Assembly (NCBI RefSeq): GCF_001194135.2
Contig: NC_068981.1
Location: 22,662,462-22,726,461 of the forward strand
DNA length: 64,000 bases
Source of the DNA: Octopus bimaculoides
Lineage: Eukaryota
Reading direction: 5' to 3'
The notes below the pieces were generated by a model. That model did no database searches. It worked only from the letters and a program-made list of their open reading frames with translations, and had not been told where the DNA came from. Positions 38,227-50,000 of the stretch are shown here, piece after piece. A program made the position numbers and the translations under genes. Numbering within the stretch: the stretch's first letter is position 1; each line of letters starts with the position of its first letter.

Positions 38227-39535
38227 TCCATAGAGAAATATTACCTTATTTGGAAACAGGTGTGGGTTGGTGACAGGAGGGAGGGGTTTCTGGTCATAGA
38301 AAATCTGCCTCAACAAATTCTGTCTGACCCATGCAAGGTGGATGTTAAAATAATGACAAATCTAAAAACGAAATTCATAATAGTGATACAGTAATAAAAT
38401 GATAAAATGAAGGAAGTTGTTTGAATGTAAATTGTTGCTGGTTGATTGTCATATGAAGGAGATATCATCTAGAAAATGACCGAAATAGGACTAGATAGCT
38501 GTTTGCTCTTCTCAAGTAGGCCTTGTGTTTATTGGAAGTGGGTGGGTGGGTGAGTGCAACGCTTAGTTCTTACATGCCAAATATGATGTATTTCAAGCTT
38601 TTCTGGGGGTCATGCAGTACACCCTGCTGCTATTCAGTGTTTGACTAAGTGGAATATAGAATGTTATCAAGGTATATAGCTTTTTGTTTTCATATCCACT
38701 AAGGTGGAACTTCAGTATGTGAATATTTTGATTTATCTGGATGGACTGTAATTAGTTGGCAGTTCAACCCAGTACAATATTTTGATTAAATAGGGCTATT
38801 AAGAGTGGCAGAGACTGTTTAACCCTAGGCTCACCTATCCCAGTTGATTCCTTTTTTTTTTAAACGCCTTCCTATATCTAGGACTGTATCATCTAATGTG
38901 TCCATATACTTTTTTATCAAACAGTATCTTGTAATCTGAGAGGAAAATTTGACTATTTCTCACAGATCCTCCAAATAGATTGAGTAAATCTATAATTAAG
39001 GACATTCCACTGAGACCATCCTGTCCTCTCTCTCTTATATTTTTTTTTCAGAGACTACTTTGTTGATTTAAGATGGCAGGGTGTTATTTGAGGGTTATTT
39101 GGCAACTGTTTCTAACAGTTGTTACTTTTGCTGGGTGAGGGACGAAGTGGCCAGAGAGTTATTTCAAAGAGATGGAATAACCAGACAGAATAGTTGAAGT
39201 AATTGGGTTGTGTTTGACATTTTCCTTGACTTCTGACATTCTTGCAGTATTGTTTCGGTCGGTCTTCTCTGCTGAACAGATTAACTGATAAGAAGTTTAG
39301 GATTTAATTTTACAGAAGTACAGGGTCTTTTTTTTTCCTGTTTTTTTTTTTTTTTTTTGTATCTACTTGCTGCAATTACGTATTTATCTTTAAAATGTAA
39401 GTTTCTTTGGTTCTGTATATATATTTGTTTTGTTGTTTTTTTAGATTTGATTTAAATCACCTTTTGCATTAGCAATGTATGTATGGCTTTCCATGTATTT
39501 ATCTACAAGCTATTAATACTCTTTGTATATTACTG

Positions 39536-39586
<51 letters not shown>

Positions 39587-40139
39587 CATACATATATATA
39601 TATATAGGATGCACAAAAGTAGTTAGCAGTAAATATCAACATGTAATCAATTCCTTCAAAACCTGGAAAGCTCCCTGGCTCTTTGACATTGAGACTACTC
39701 TGTCACATGTTATGCTTATTTATCCACATTGTTTTGAAGCAATCTTGCATGACCTTGTAGCTTTGAGATTTCATTGATGTGATTATTTTTAGAATGGTGT
39801 TATAGGGTTGGTGTGTGAGGCTGAATCTGGCCATTTGAACGTAAACAGGTAGAATGTTTGGGCCTGATCTGGCTGGTTTAAATGCTGCCTTTGTGACCAA
39901 ACAACTTGTGAAGATGGGTGCTCTGAAAGCAAAGTAGGAAGAGTAAAAATGGAGTGAAAAAGTTCAGGCTATCATAACCTCGGTAGGCTACAAAAAGACA
40001 TTTTCTTTTAGTGAAGGCCAGTCTTTATTATATCTATGAATGAAATGTGATATTGCATGGTAGCGAAATAAGGGCATTAAATGTAGAGGATGTGAAAACT
40101 CTAGAATGAAATGGAGTGAGTATACTCAGCTGGATGTGT

Positions 40140-40500
40140 CGTGTTTAGCATACATATCAACCAGGTATTGCTGAAATAGATCACAATACATGTGTAATTG
40201 ATTTGATTGTTTATCATCAGTTGGTAAGAATAGAAGTCATTTGATGACACCGTTTTGTTTGTAACTGGCTCTCGTGTTGCAGGTTCAATCTGTGGAATAT
40301 TGAAATGATACCCATCTTGTCCATTCCACAAAATAAGAGGATACTGGAGAGCATCATAAGAGGAATGAGTCTCTGAAACACATTTAAGGTTGATATCTCG
40401 AGCACAAATGAGAATATCACAATTTTCATGGGGATCACCTACCATAAGGATGGCTACTTCATTAGATGTAGTCTCATTAAAATGGTGTAAAATGTCCTTT
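40140..40500 (-). pseudogene. Helitron Rep/helicase fragment
   Basis: HFNETTSNEVAILMVGDP...SETHSSYDALQYPLILWNGQDGYH...NDFYSYQLM, then a frameshift to CDLFQQYLVDMYAK. These are characteristic motifs upstream of the Helitron Rep domain. Confidence 0.88.
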
Positions 40501-41071
40501 ATTATAGTTTAATATAGACGTCTTGAACAAGAAAACACACACACATACTCACAGACACGTAGACACTCATAGAATTGATAATATTGTAAACAGCAAAACA
40601 TATACACACAGAGTTCAAGTAAAACAAAATGTAGTCAATATAGGTGCAATACATAAATTCTGTAGCATAGTTACGCAATAAAATTTTTTTTAGGGAATAT
40701 TTCCAAAAGAAATATTCCAGTGTCAGTAAGTCACCAGTTTAGCAAAAATGACTATGCATCACCAATATAACAAAGTACAGAAAGCCAACATTTATTTGGA
40801 ACATGCACTAAATGTTATAAAACTGCAGCTCTCCATGATGTAAAGGAAAATCCAAACAGTGGTACTTAAAAGTGAATACTGTTGTTCGTTCAATGTCCAC
40901 GCCGCAACTAAACTAAACTCTTTCAAAACCAGCGCATTTTAATGTTGTGCGGAAGTTGTTGCTTGTTTTACAACACCGCCAACCCTACCTGGATGGTGTC
41001 TGTCCAAGCACAACTAAATTATGGCACAGCGATAAAATAGTTCTGTCATGTCTCACTACATTTGTATATGT

Positions 41072-41740
41072 ATGTGTAGATGTGTGTGTGTGTGTGTGTG
41101 TCTAATTGTCTGAAGCCTAACGTATAAAAATTACCACACATACACACATACTCTGACATACACTCATAAACATATACTAAGACAGACACACAGACATGCA
41201 TTCACGCACACCTCAAGTGTATCTCTGTTTCTGTGTGTGTGTGTGTCTCTCTCTTTCTCTTTATATGTGTGTGTGTCAGTTGTTACAAAAATATATGTAT
41301 ACGACACACTCATACAGTCTCATATACACTCACACACATATACTTCTCAGTCATCGGTCTAACGTACGTAACGAACACGAAAACACACACTCACAGACAC
41401 ATACACATGAATGTGTAGATGTGTGTGTTTAATTGTTTGATGCTTAACATATAACAACTGTCACATATATATTTGCACACATACACTCTGACATACGGTC
41501 ACATACATATAATAAGACAGACACACACAGACATACATTCATGCACACTTCAGGCCTACCTCTGTCCCTCTGTGCGCCTGTCTCTGTCTTTAGATGTGTG
41601 TATGTGTGTCAGTTGTCTCAAAAATGTATGTATACTGACAGACACATACACCCTCACACACATATACTTCACAGTCATCGGCCTAACGTATGCAATGAAT
41701 GCATAAACACACACACACACACATTCACAAATACACACAC
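41072..41740. repeat. Two diverged tandem copies of a unit of about 340 bp
   Basis: Shared anchors TGTGTAGATGTGTGTG, CTCTGACATAC, AAGACAGACAC, TGTGTCAGTTGT and CAGTCATCGG.CTAACGTA appear twice, about 340 bp apart. Confidence 0.85.
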
Positions 41741-41993
41741 ACTCATATAGAAAATGTGACATAGTTGTGGTGGTATAAAATGTTGTTTACGATAGTTGAC
41801 TTATAGAAAGATTATATTAAATTTTTGTAATGCAAATATGTAAATGAAAATAAAGTTTATTTGGTAGCCGAAATATTACTGAATCTTTTGATACACCACA
41901 TGTCAAATTGGTAACTAAGTTTTTGAATCTGTAAGGAACATATGCATATGCATGCGTGCACACACATGCACACAAACTCTGATTTATCATATA

Positions 41994-42048
<55 letters not shown>

Positions 42049-42425
42049 TGCTTATGTAAATGCACATAGTCCAGTGGTTTTGTGTGTTGTGATTACAATC
42101 GTGAGGTTATGAATTCAATTCCCATACTGGGTTGTGTGTTGTATTCTTGAGCCAGACAATTTATTTCAAGTTGATCCAGTTCATTCAATTGTAGAAATAA
42201 GTTATGATGTCACTGGTGCCAAGCTGTATCAGACTTTGCCTTTTCCTCACACAACATTGGTGGTGTGGAGAGGGGAGACTGGTGTGCAGGGGTGACTGCT
42301 GGTCTTCCACAAACAACCTTACCTGGACTTGTACCTTGGAGGAGAACTTTCTAGGTACAATCCCATGGTCATTCACGACTGAAGAGATTCTTTATATATA
42401 CATATATGTGTGTGTGTGTATATAT

Positions 42426-42470
<45 letters not shown>

Positions 42471-42495
42471 TACATATATATATATACACACACAC

Positions 42496-42555
<60 letters not shown>

Positions 42556-43281
42556 ATACACACACACACATATATATATATATATATTCACTTGTTCCCT
42601 ATTTTTTAGAATTGTATGTGTTAACTGTCTTATCAAATTTTCCCAAATATGTCACCAGAAAACACACACAGACAATTTTCTTTAAAATTATTTCTGTATG
42701 CTGGTTATGTACCTGTATGTGGTTAATTTCGTGTTACTGTACATAAATTTTTCATTTGATTTGTGTGTCCACGAGTGTGTACGTGTATCTATGTGCGTGC
42801 GTGTGTGTGTGTGTGTTTCTTATGTTGCCATATATGAGTAGACAGAGGGCAGGCGTTATAAACTGTATTCCCTTTTATTACACACAGAGAACTTAAAAAT
42901 ACTTCAGTAACACATGCCAGCCGTCTTGCCAGATGGCTGTGTGGCTGCAAAGGTTGGGGGTTGTTTGGTGGGGGTAGGGGCTGTGCTCAGTTGTTTATTC
43001 AAGAAATTTCAAAAAAAGATAAGTGTGTTTCCTTTTGGCTCTTCACTGCTTCCCTTATACACAATCTTCTGCCCACCTATTTCTTATACTTTAACCCACT
43101 CTACTTCTCATCTGCATCAAAAATGTCTGGCTTACTCTGATATCAGTTGGTTTTTACATTATCAAATTTGATTTATTAATTATTTTCTTTACTTATTAGT
43201 CTCATATATTATAGAGTAACTAATGAACATTAATTACTGTTTAGGGACTTAATTAATTTATCACAAGTTATGAAATATTCT

Positions 43282-43655
43282 TGGCTGTGTGGTTAAGAAG
43301 TTTGCTTCACAACCATGTGATTTGGGGTTCAATTCCACGGCATGATATCTTGGAAAAGTGTTTTTGACAATAGCTCCAAACTAATTCCTTGTAAATGAAT
43401 TTGATAAAGACTGTGAGGAAGCCCATCATATATGCATGTATGTGTGTGTGTGTTTTGCATTTGTCCCCCACAGCCACCTGATAACCAGTGTTAGTTTGTT
43501 TATGTCTCCATAACTGATTTGGTTTGGTGAAGAAGACCAATAGGATAAGTTTCAGATTTAAATAGGTACTAGGCACAATCTATTTGATGAAGCCCTTCAA
43601 AGCAGTGCCCCAGCATGGCCGCAATCCAATAACTGAAGCAAGTACAAGTTAAAAT
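43282..43655 (+). mobile_element. Old diverged family A SINE
   Basis: All modules recognisable, heavily CpG-decayed. Confidence 0.75.
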
Positions 43656-44327
43656 ATATTTACCATCATATCCTTTTCTTTTCCTGTAACTGATTGAGCC
43701 AGTTGCTGTATATCTTGTTATGGCACCATCATGTTGTTCGTTTCTGGTGTTCCATGAAAAATCATATCAGGCCATGGGAAATATTCCCTTGGCCTTGAAA
43801 TCAGTGAGGGTTGGTAATAAGAAGGGTATCTAGCTATGGAAAATCTGCCTCAGCAAATTCAGTTTGACCCATCTAAGCACAAGTAAGGGGATGGTAACTG
43901 GTGATAATGAACATAAAGGGCTGTTAGTAAAAACTCTAAGTATTATGTTTTGTCAGATGCACAAACGATTGCTAATTTAATACTTCGAGTGACCAGACTG
44001 TTTCTTTTTCTCTGCTAATTAACATTTCAAATTTAGTTTCCATTATAGATTAGAACCATTTCAACTAATACTGTTTTGTCCTTGGGAACCACACATTGTA
44101 TTTTTTTTCCACTTTAATGTTAGGTCCTCAACCAATAAAACAAGCTAGAGAATAATTTCTCTTTTACCCAAGCATGGCCTTGTGATCAAAAAGGTTGTTT
44201 TGCAGTCATGTGCAGCACCTTGGGCAAGTATCTTCTACAGTAGCCTGAAACTAACCAATGTCATGTGAGTGACTTTTGGTAGATGGAAGCTGGGTGGATG
44301 CCTGCCATATACAGACACAAACACATG

Positions 44328-44625
44328 AGTGGTTGAAATGGAGTTCTTCCAAATGATTTCTAGAGTCACATTACTCAATAGACATGGAAATAGAATATCA
44401 CAGGAAAGAATCAAAGAATCACAAGACAGATTCTTCAAGCTGAGCCAACTGACAGGAGAACCATGGGTAGCTCAAGAATAAAATGGATGGATGATATCCA
44501 TAGACTCAGTTGATCATGCCTGAAAGTCTAATAATGGTTACTTCTGATAGGATCGTATAGAAGAGGTGCTTGAGGATATTATAACCATAGCCCTCCCAGG
44601 AATAGTGGACAAAGAAGATGGATGG
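44328..44625 (+). mobile_element. RTE-clade LINE 3-prime relic
   Basis: VVEMEFFQMISRVTLLNR and ...IKWMDDIH resemble the RTE end; the 3-prime end is similar to the reverse complement of 16612-16800. Confidence 0.65.
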
Positions 44626-45535
44626 ATATGTGTGTATGTTTGTGTTCGTTTGTCCCCCATCACCACTGCTTGACAACCAGTGCTGGTTTGTTTACATCCC
44701 TGTAATTTAGTGGTTTTGGCAAAAGATTCTGACAATATAAGTATCAGTCTTTATTTCTTTAAGTACTGGGGTTGATTTGTTTGACTAAGCACTCAAGGCA
44801 GTGCCTGCTCCAGCATGGCTGCAGTTTAATGACTAAAACAAGTAAAAAGATATAATATAAACAATGCAGAAAAGGAGTGGCTATGAGTATTTATTTATTT
44901 ATTGATTGATTTATATTTATTGATTTTGAAGTGATTAACAAGCAGCGAAGATGCTGGTAGTAAAGAAATTACATTGTTGATTCCATACTAGAATTATGGA
45001 TAATAATAATAATAAAAAAAAAAAAAGATAGTAATGGTTGCAATTCATTTGATAACGACAAATAAACAGGATGCTGCTGAAAACGGAACTAATTCCAAGA
45101 GGACGTTTCTTTGTAACGGATAATAAATAATTCTCATCAACCACTAGGGAAGATGCTCACACACACACAAGGTGTGCCTATGAAACCGGATAGAAAGTTT
45201 GATTTGCACGTGTGTGTCAATTAGTATTTATTGTTGTGTAGTCAACATTTCTTGTGATTGAATAAATTTGTAAAGTTTATGTTGATGATAAGGCATATCT
45301 ACACAAGTTGCAGCTGAAATTTTGTTTCCTCATAACTTTCAGAAGAATGGATGATTTTTAATGAAATTTTCTACAAAACCTTTCAGACAGTGTAGAATCC
45401 AATTATATCGGATTCTGAAGTGAAAATGATTTGCAGGATGGAATGGGAGAAGAGTCTCAGATAATTCACATGAATCCCTTTTGCTTCCTCATAACTTTCT
45501 GAAAAATGGGCATTTTTTTTAATGAAATTTTCTAC

Positions 45536-45709
45536 AGGCGTAGGAGTGGCTGTGTGGTAAGTAGCTTGCTTACGAACCACTTGGTTCCAGGTTCAGTCCC
45601 ACTGCGCGGCACCGTGGGCAAGTGTCATCTACTATAGCCTCAGGCTGACCAAAGCCTTGTGAGTGGATTTGGTAGACGGAAAGTGAAAGAAGCCCGTCGT
45701 ATATATGCG

Positions 45710-45744
<35 letters not shown>

Positions 45745-45955
45745 ATGTGTATGCTTGTGTGTCTGCGTTTGTCCCCCCAACATCGCTTGACAACCGATGC
45801 TGGTGTGTTTACGTCCCCTTAACTTAGCGGTTCGGCAAATGCGATCGATAGAATAAGTACTAGGCTTACAAAGAATAAGTACTGGGGTCGATTTGCTCGA
45901 CTAAAGGCGGTGCTCCAGCATGGCCACAGTCAAAAGACTGAAACAAGTAAAAGAG
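45536..45955 (+). mobile_element. Full-length family A SINE with CpGs retained
   Basis: Complete head-to-tail copy that interrupts the second unit of a repeat of about 159 bp. Confidence 0.92.
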
Positions 45956-46835
45956 CAAGTACTTTTCAGATACAGCAAACTACAAATATATCGGAATTTA
46001 ATGTTAGCAGAAAAAGAAAAAAAGAGAGAAAAAATCGTGGACGTGCACGCATACATACTGACACATGTCACAATGTTTTCGAAATTTCAAGTTTCATTTT
46101 GCTGATATGTATGTGATGTAGGCCAGTGTGTATGTGGGTGCGCCCACCAATTTTTTTTTTCCTACTTTCACTTCTGATATAATCGTAATCTAAACAATTT
46201 GAAACGTTTTTGTAGAATATTTCATTGAAGAATATTTATTTTTCTGAAAGTTATGAGGAAACAAAGTCGGGGCGATGAACACTTGTCACGGTATGCTGAA
46301 ATTTGTATGTTATGTTGATTCTAAAAACGGGGATAGTCTGAAATTCCACTAACGTATACATAGCGGACGTAACATTATTATTATGTATGCCAGAAGGTAT
46401 GGCCGAGTAATTAAGAAGTTGCTTTTCTAATCATGAGATCCCAGGTTCACTCCCATTGTATAACATCTTGAGCAAGTCCCTTCTGTCATGGCCTCTGATA
46501 GACCCATGTGAGAGAAATTGGGTGACGTAAATGAAATGTGTAGTAGTCTATTGGACGGACTACACATTTGATTGAAACGGTTTAGTTTTCTTATACGCTG
46601 CAGCGCTAATCCTCCTCGTATGTCTACGGAATACTCAGCCACTAACATGCTAATATACTTAGTAGGTTGATCGAAAATCTGGAATACTCAGCGTTGAACC
46701 GACACCTAGCAGGACTTCCCTTGTTCCCTCGATTATTTTTACATCTATCGACTAATATATTTTTTTAGTTCACGTTCCACAAGAACCCGAGTTTCTCTCC
46801 CCCCTCTCTCTCACAGACATATATATATATATATA

Positions 46836-46982
46836 NNNNNNNNNNNNNNNNNNNNNNNNNNNNNNNNNNNNNNNNNNNNNNNNNNNNNNNNNNNNNNNNN
46901 NNNNNNNNNNNNNNNNNNNNNNNNNNNNNNNNNNNNNNNNNNNNNNNNNNNNNNNNNNNNNNNNNNNNNNNNNNNNNNNNNN
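46836..46982. other. Assembly gap (N run)
   Basis: Ns between (TA)n tracts. Confidence 1.
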
Positions 46983-47015
<33 letters not shown>

Positions 47016-50000
47016 ATTAAGGCCAGTTCAATATGAACACAAAGTATAATACTTTATTAGCATCTGTGCAATATTGGCACTATGCTCACTACGAAAAACA
47101 AAAACATTCTATTGCTGTCATGTGTTTTGTCAAAGATTGGGGTCTATAAATTCATTCATGTCACGTGCCTGTTATCCTATCAGGTTTTCTATTTATAGAA
47201 CTCCAGGCCTTGTAAACTAATAATTTTCGCAATTTTTCTTTCTTTTTCTCTTAGAATATAGGAGCGAGTGATGTCAACCGCCACAATTATCCCCCCGACC
47301 CCCAAAAATGTTTTTTTTCAAAGGACAGTGGGGAATACGAATTCCCAGATGCGGTCTCAATGGCACAAAGGTCCAGTCTCGTCACATTCTGTGTCCCACT
47401 GATGTCACCTGAGATTTACATTGAGGGTGTAGCAGAAGAGGTTACCAGAGACGTCGGCCACTTAACATGCTAATTAAATAAGCCTGGTAGATTAGTTAGT
47501 TGATCGAACAAGTGAGATCTCATGGTCTGACATTCGAACCAACATCCATTGTGTATGCTTTAATATATTCGATTTAACACAAAACTTTTTGTGTTTGGAA
47601 TTTCACTACTTAAGTGATAAAGGTGGATTTTTTTACTAGTAAAACTTTATTCCCGTGCCAAACCTGAAAGTCAAATAAGTATCTATCGTTGGATATATGA
47701 GATATATCTAATCTGCTTAACTCCGTCTCCATGACCCTTAATACTGATCGTGTATTTTGACCGGCGCAAACATAATCCAACTGCCTCCAGTTAATCTCTT
47801 GCATATCTTTTATTATCGCCTATCGGCTTCATTCAGCTGATAGGGGCAAGACGAAGTCTCACTCATTTAACTCTACTCTTAACACTATCACCTCATAAGT
47901 AAATGTTCCGTTGTTGTTCTTAAATTTCCTTTCAAATAATGACTTTGATTCAACATTGCATTTTCCATTCCATTCACATCTACGATGCATTATAGTAATA
48001 TAAATCTACTGTAGTGTCCACTGGTGCTTAATTGTTTCGATCCGAAGTGATAGAAGGTGAAGTTGACAACGGCGAGATTCGATCTCAGGACAGTAATATT
48101 TGAAGCGGATACTAAAAAGCACTACCAATAGTTTAGCTTAAGTTGGCGAAAATTTTAATTATGAAATAAAATAAAAATCATCCGCAACCTTTTTTGTTGT
48201 TGCTCTTTTTTTTTCTGTCGCTTGTACATCTCTAGTTTCAATTACACTTGTTTTTTTCTGATTAACTGCTTTCATTTTCATCTTAAACCATTCAATCTGC
48301 ATAATTTTTATTTTTATTTCACTTTCTTTCCCCTTTCTCTCGTTATATCAGACACATGCAGAAAGAGTGAGTGAATACTATCAACTATAACAAAATTCAG
48401 TGAATGTTGAAGGCTACTTTCATTGATATATGTATTAAGTAACTCAGTTTACACGTACATATACAACTACACCTACCACTTGCAAAATTAAAATTATTTT
48501 CTTATACTTCAGTATCTTTTTAAACTAGTAACATGTCCGTCCCTTGATATATTTACTGACAACCCCCTCTCACTCTTTAATTGACGCTTGCCCAACATGG
48601 TCTTAAATTCATTGTCTACATTATTTTTGACTACTTTCATATCACTTCAGTTTCCTTCCCTCCCCCTTTTCCATATAGTGTTTGTGTGCGTACGTACATA
48701 TTATGTATGCCCCAGTATGGCCAAAGTCAAATTGGCTGGAGCCAGTATACAACAGAATTACAAGCACTTTCCACCGATCTCTTTCTATTTACCATAATTC
48801 CTTGTTTTAAAATAATAATGAAATTATTGTGTATAATACTGTGAGAGCGTGCGTTTATTCTCAGTTGAATTGTAAGATTTTTCATTCAAATATAATAAAA
48901 GAAAGAAGAAAACGTATGAAAGATGTGAATTGGTAAAAAATTTTTAAACGAAGAACTAAGCCAACAACATCTAAATTAGTAGTTGCGAGGAAAACGCAAT
49001 TGTCGATGTTATTCGACGAATCGAGTTCAAATCGTACTGTTTGCTATTCATCCTCCTTGGATCGTTAACTTAAGTAACAGTGAAGTAAATAATGTTGTTG
49101 TAATCAATTGTTTCTTACTCCACGGATTTTGGCCTTGTGACTAAGTTATAAATCAGGATTTAAAAATAAAAGGTATCACAACCAGCTCTTTCCATTCAAT
49201 CTCCAAATAACTAGCATCATGTATATATATATAAGAAATGAAGTTACTTTGCGTTACATTCTTCTTTAGACAATATACTTCATGACTGACGAATTCGTTA
49301 AAATTAACAAAATATTATTACATGGATAGTTCTTTAATTCTTACTATCGATTTTAAAATAAAGAAAACCAACTTTAGCAAATAAAGAATAAAAATAAGAA
49401 ACAAGAGAAAAAAATAATAAAAAAGAGAAAAAAATAATAATGTTGCAGCATCTGCATCTATGGAAGCCGATTTCCAATTTGTAAACAACATAGTCGAACC
49501 AACGTGGTAACCTCTACATATTCGCTCGATCTTTTGAGAATAACAGCTAAATCTCCTTCAAATCAGATCCTAATCTTAAACAGGAAGGACATGCTGAATA
49601 CTGTAGTTTTGAATACATACAAGGTCTGAATAAAACACGGGATAGTCACAGTTGGAATACCTTTCTTTGATCATAGGTTTGATCACGCAGAACTGACCTG
49701 GGGCTAAACAACAAAAGCATGTGATTCTTAGTTTAAATTGAATAACGTTCGATGAAAATCGAATCCCGCATCTCTTAACTGTCAGCCACTAGAGAAGTGA
49801 AATTGTTTACATACTGTATATCGATTAATTTATATAAAAGTACACATAATGTGTGTGTAAGTGTGTAAGATTCCGCGGTTTTAGAACACATTAGCGAATA
49901 TTTGGTCCCGTTTGAAGGAGGTCGGTTGAATGAACGACTGTCAAAGCCCGAAATATGTGTATTAGTAGCAGCGATAGTAGCTGCATCATTGGTAGCAACA

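Noticed and set aside
42204-42746. ORFs rich in IY, HT or CV dipeptides
   Set aside because: Translations of (TA)n, (CA)n and (TG)n microsatellites.
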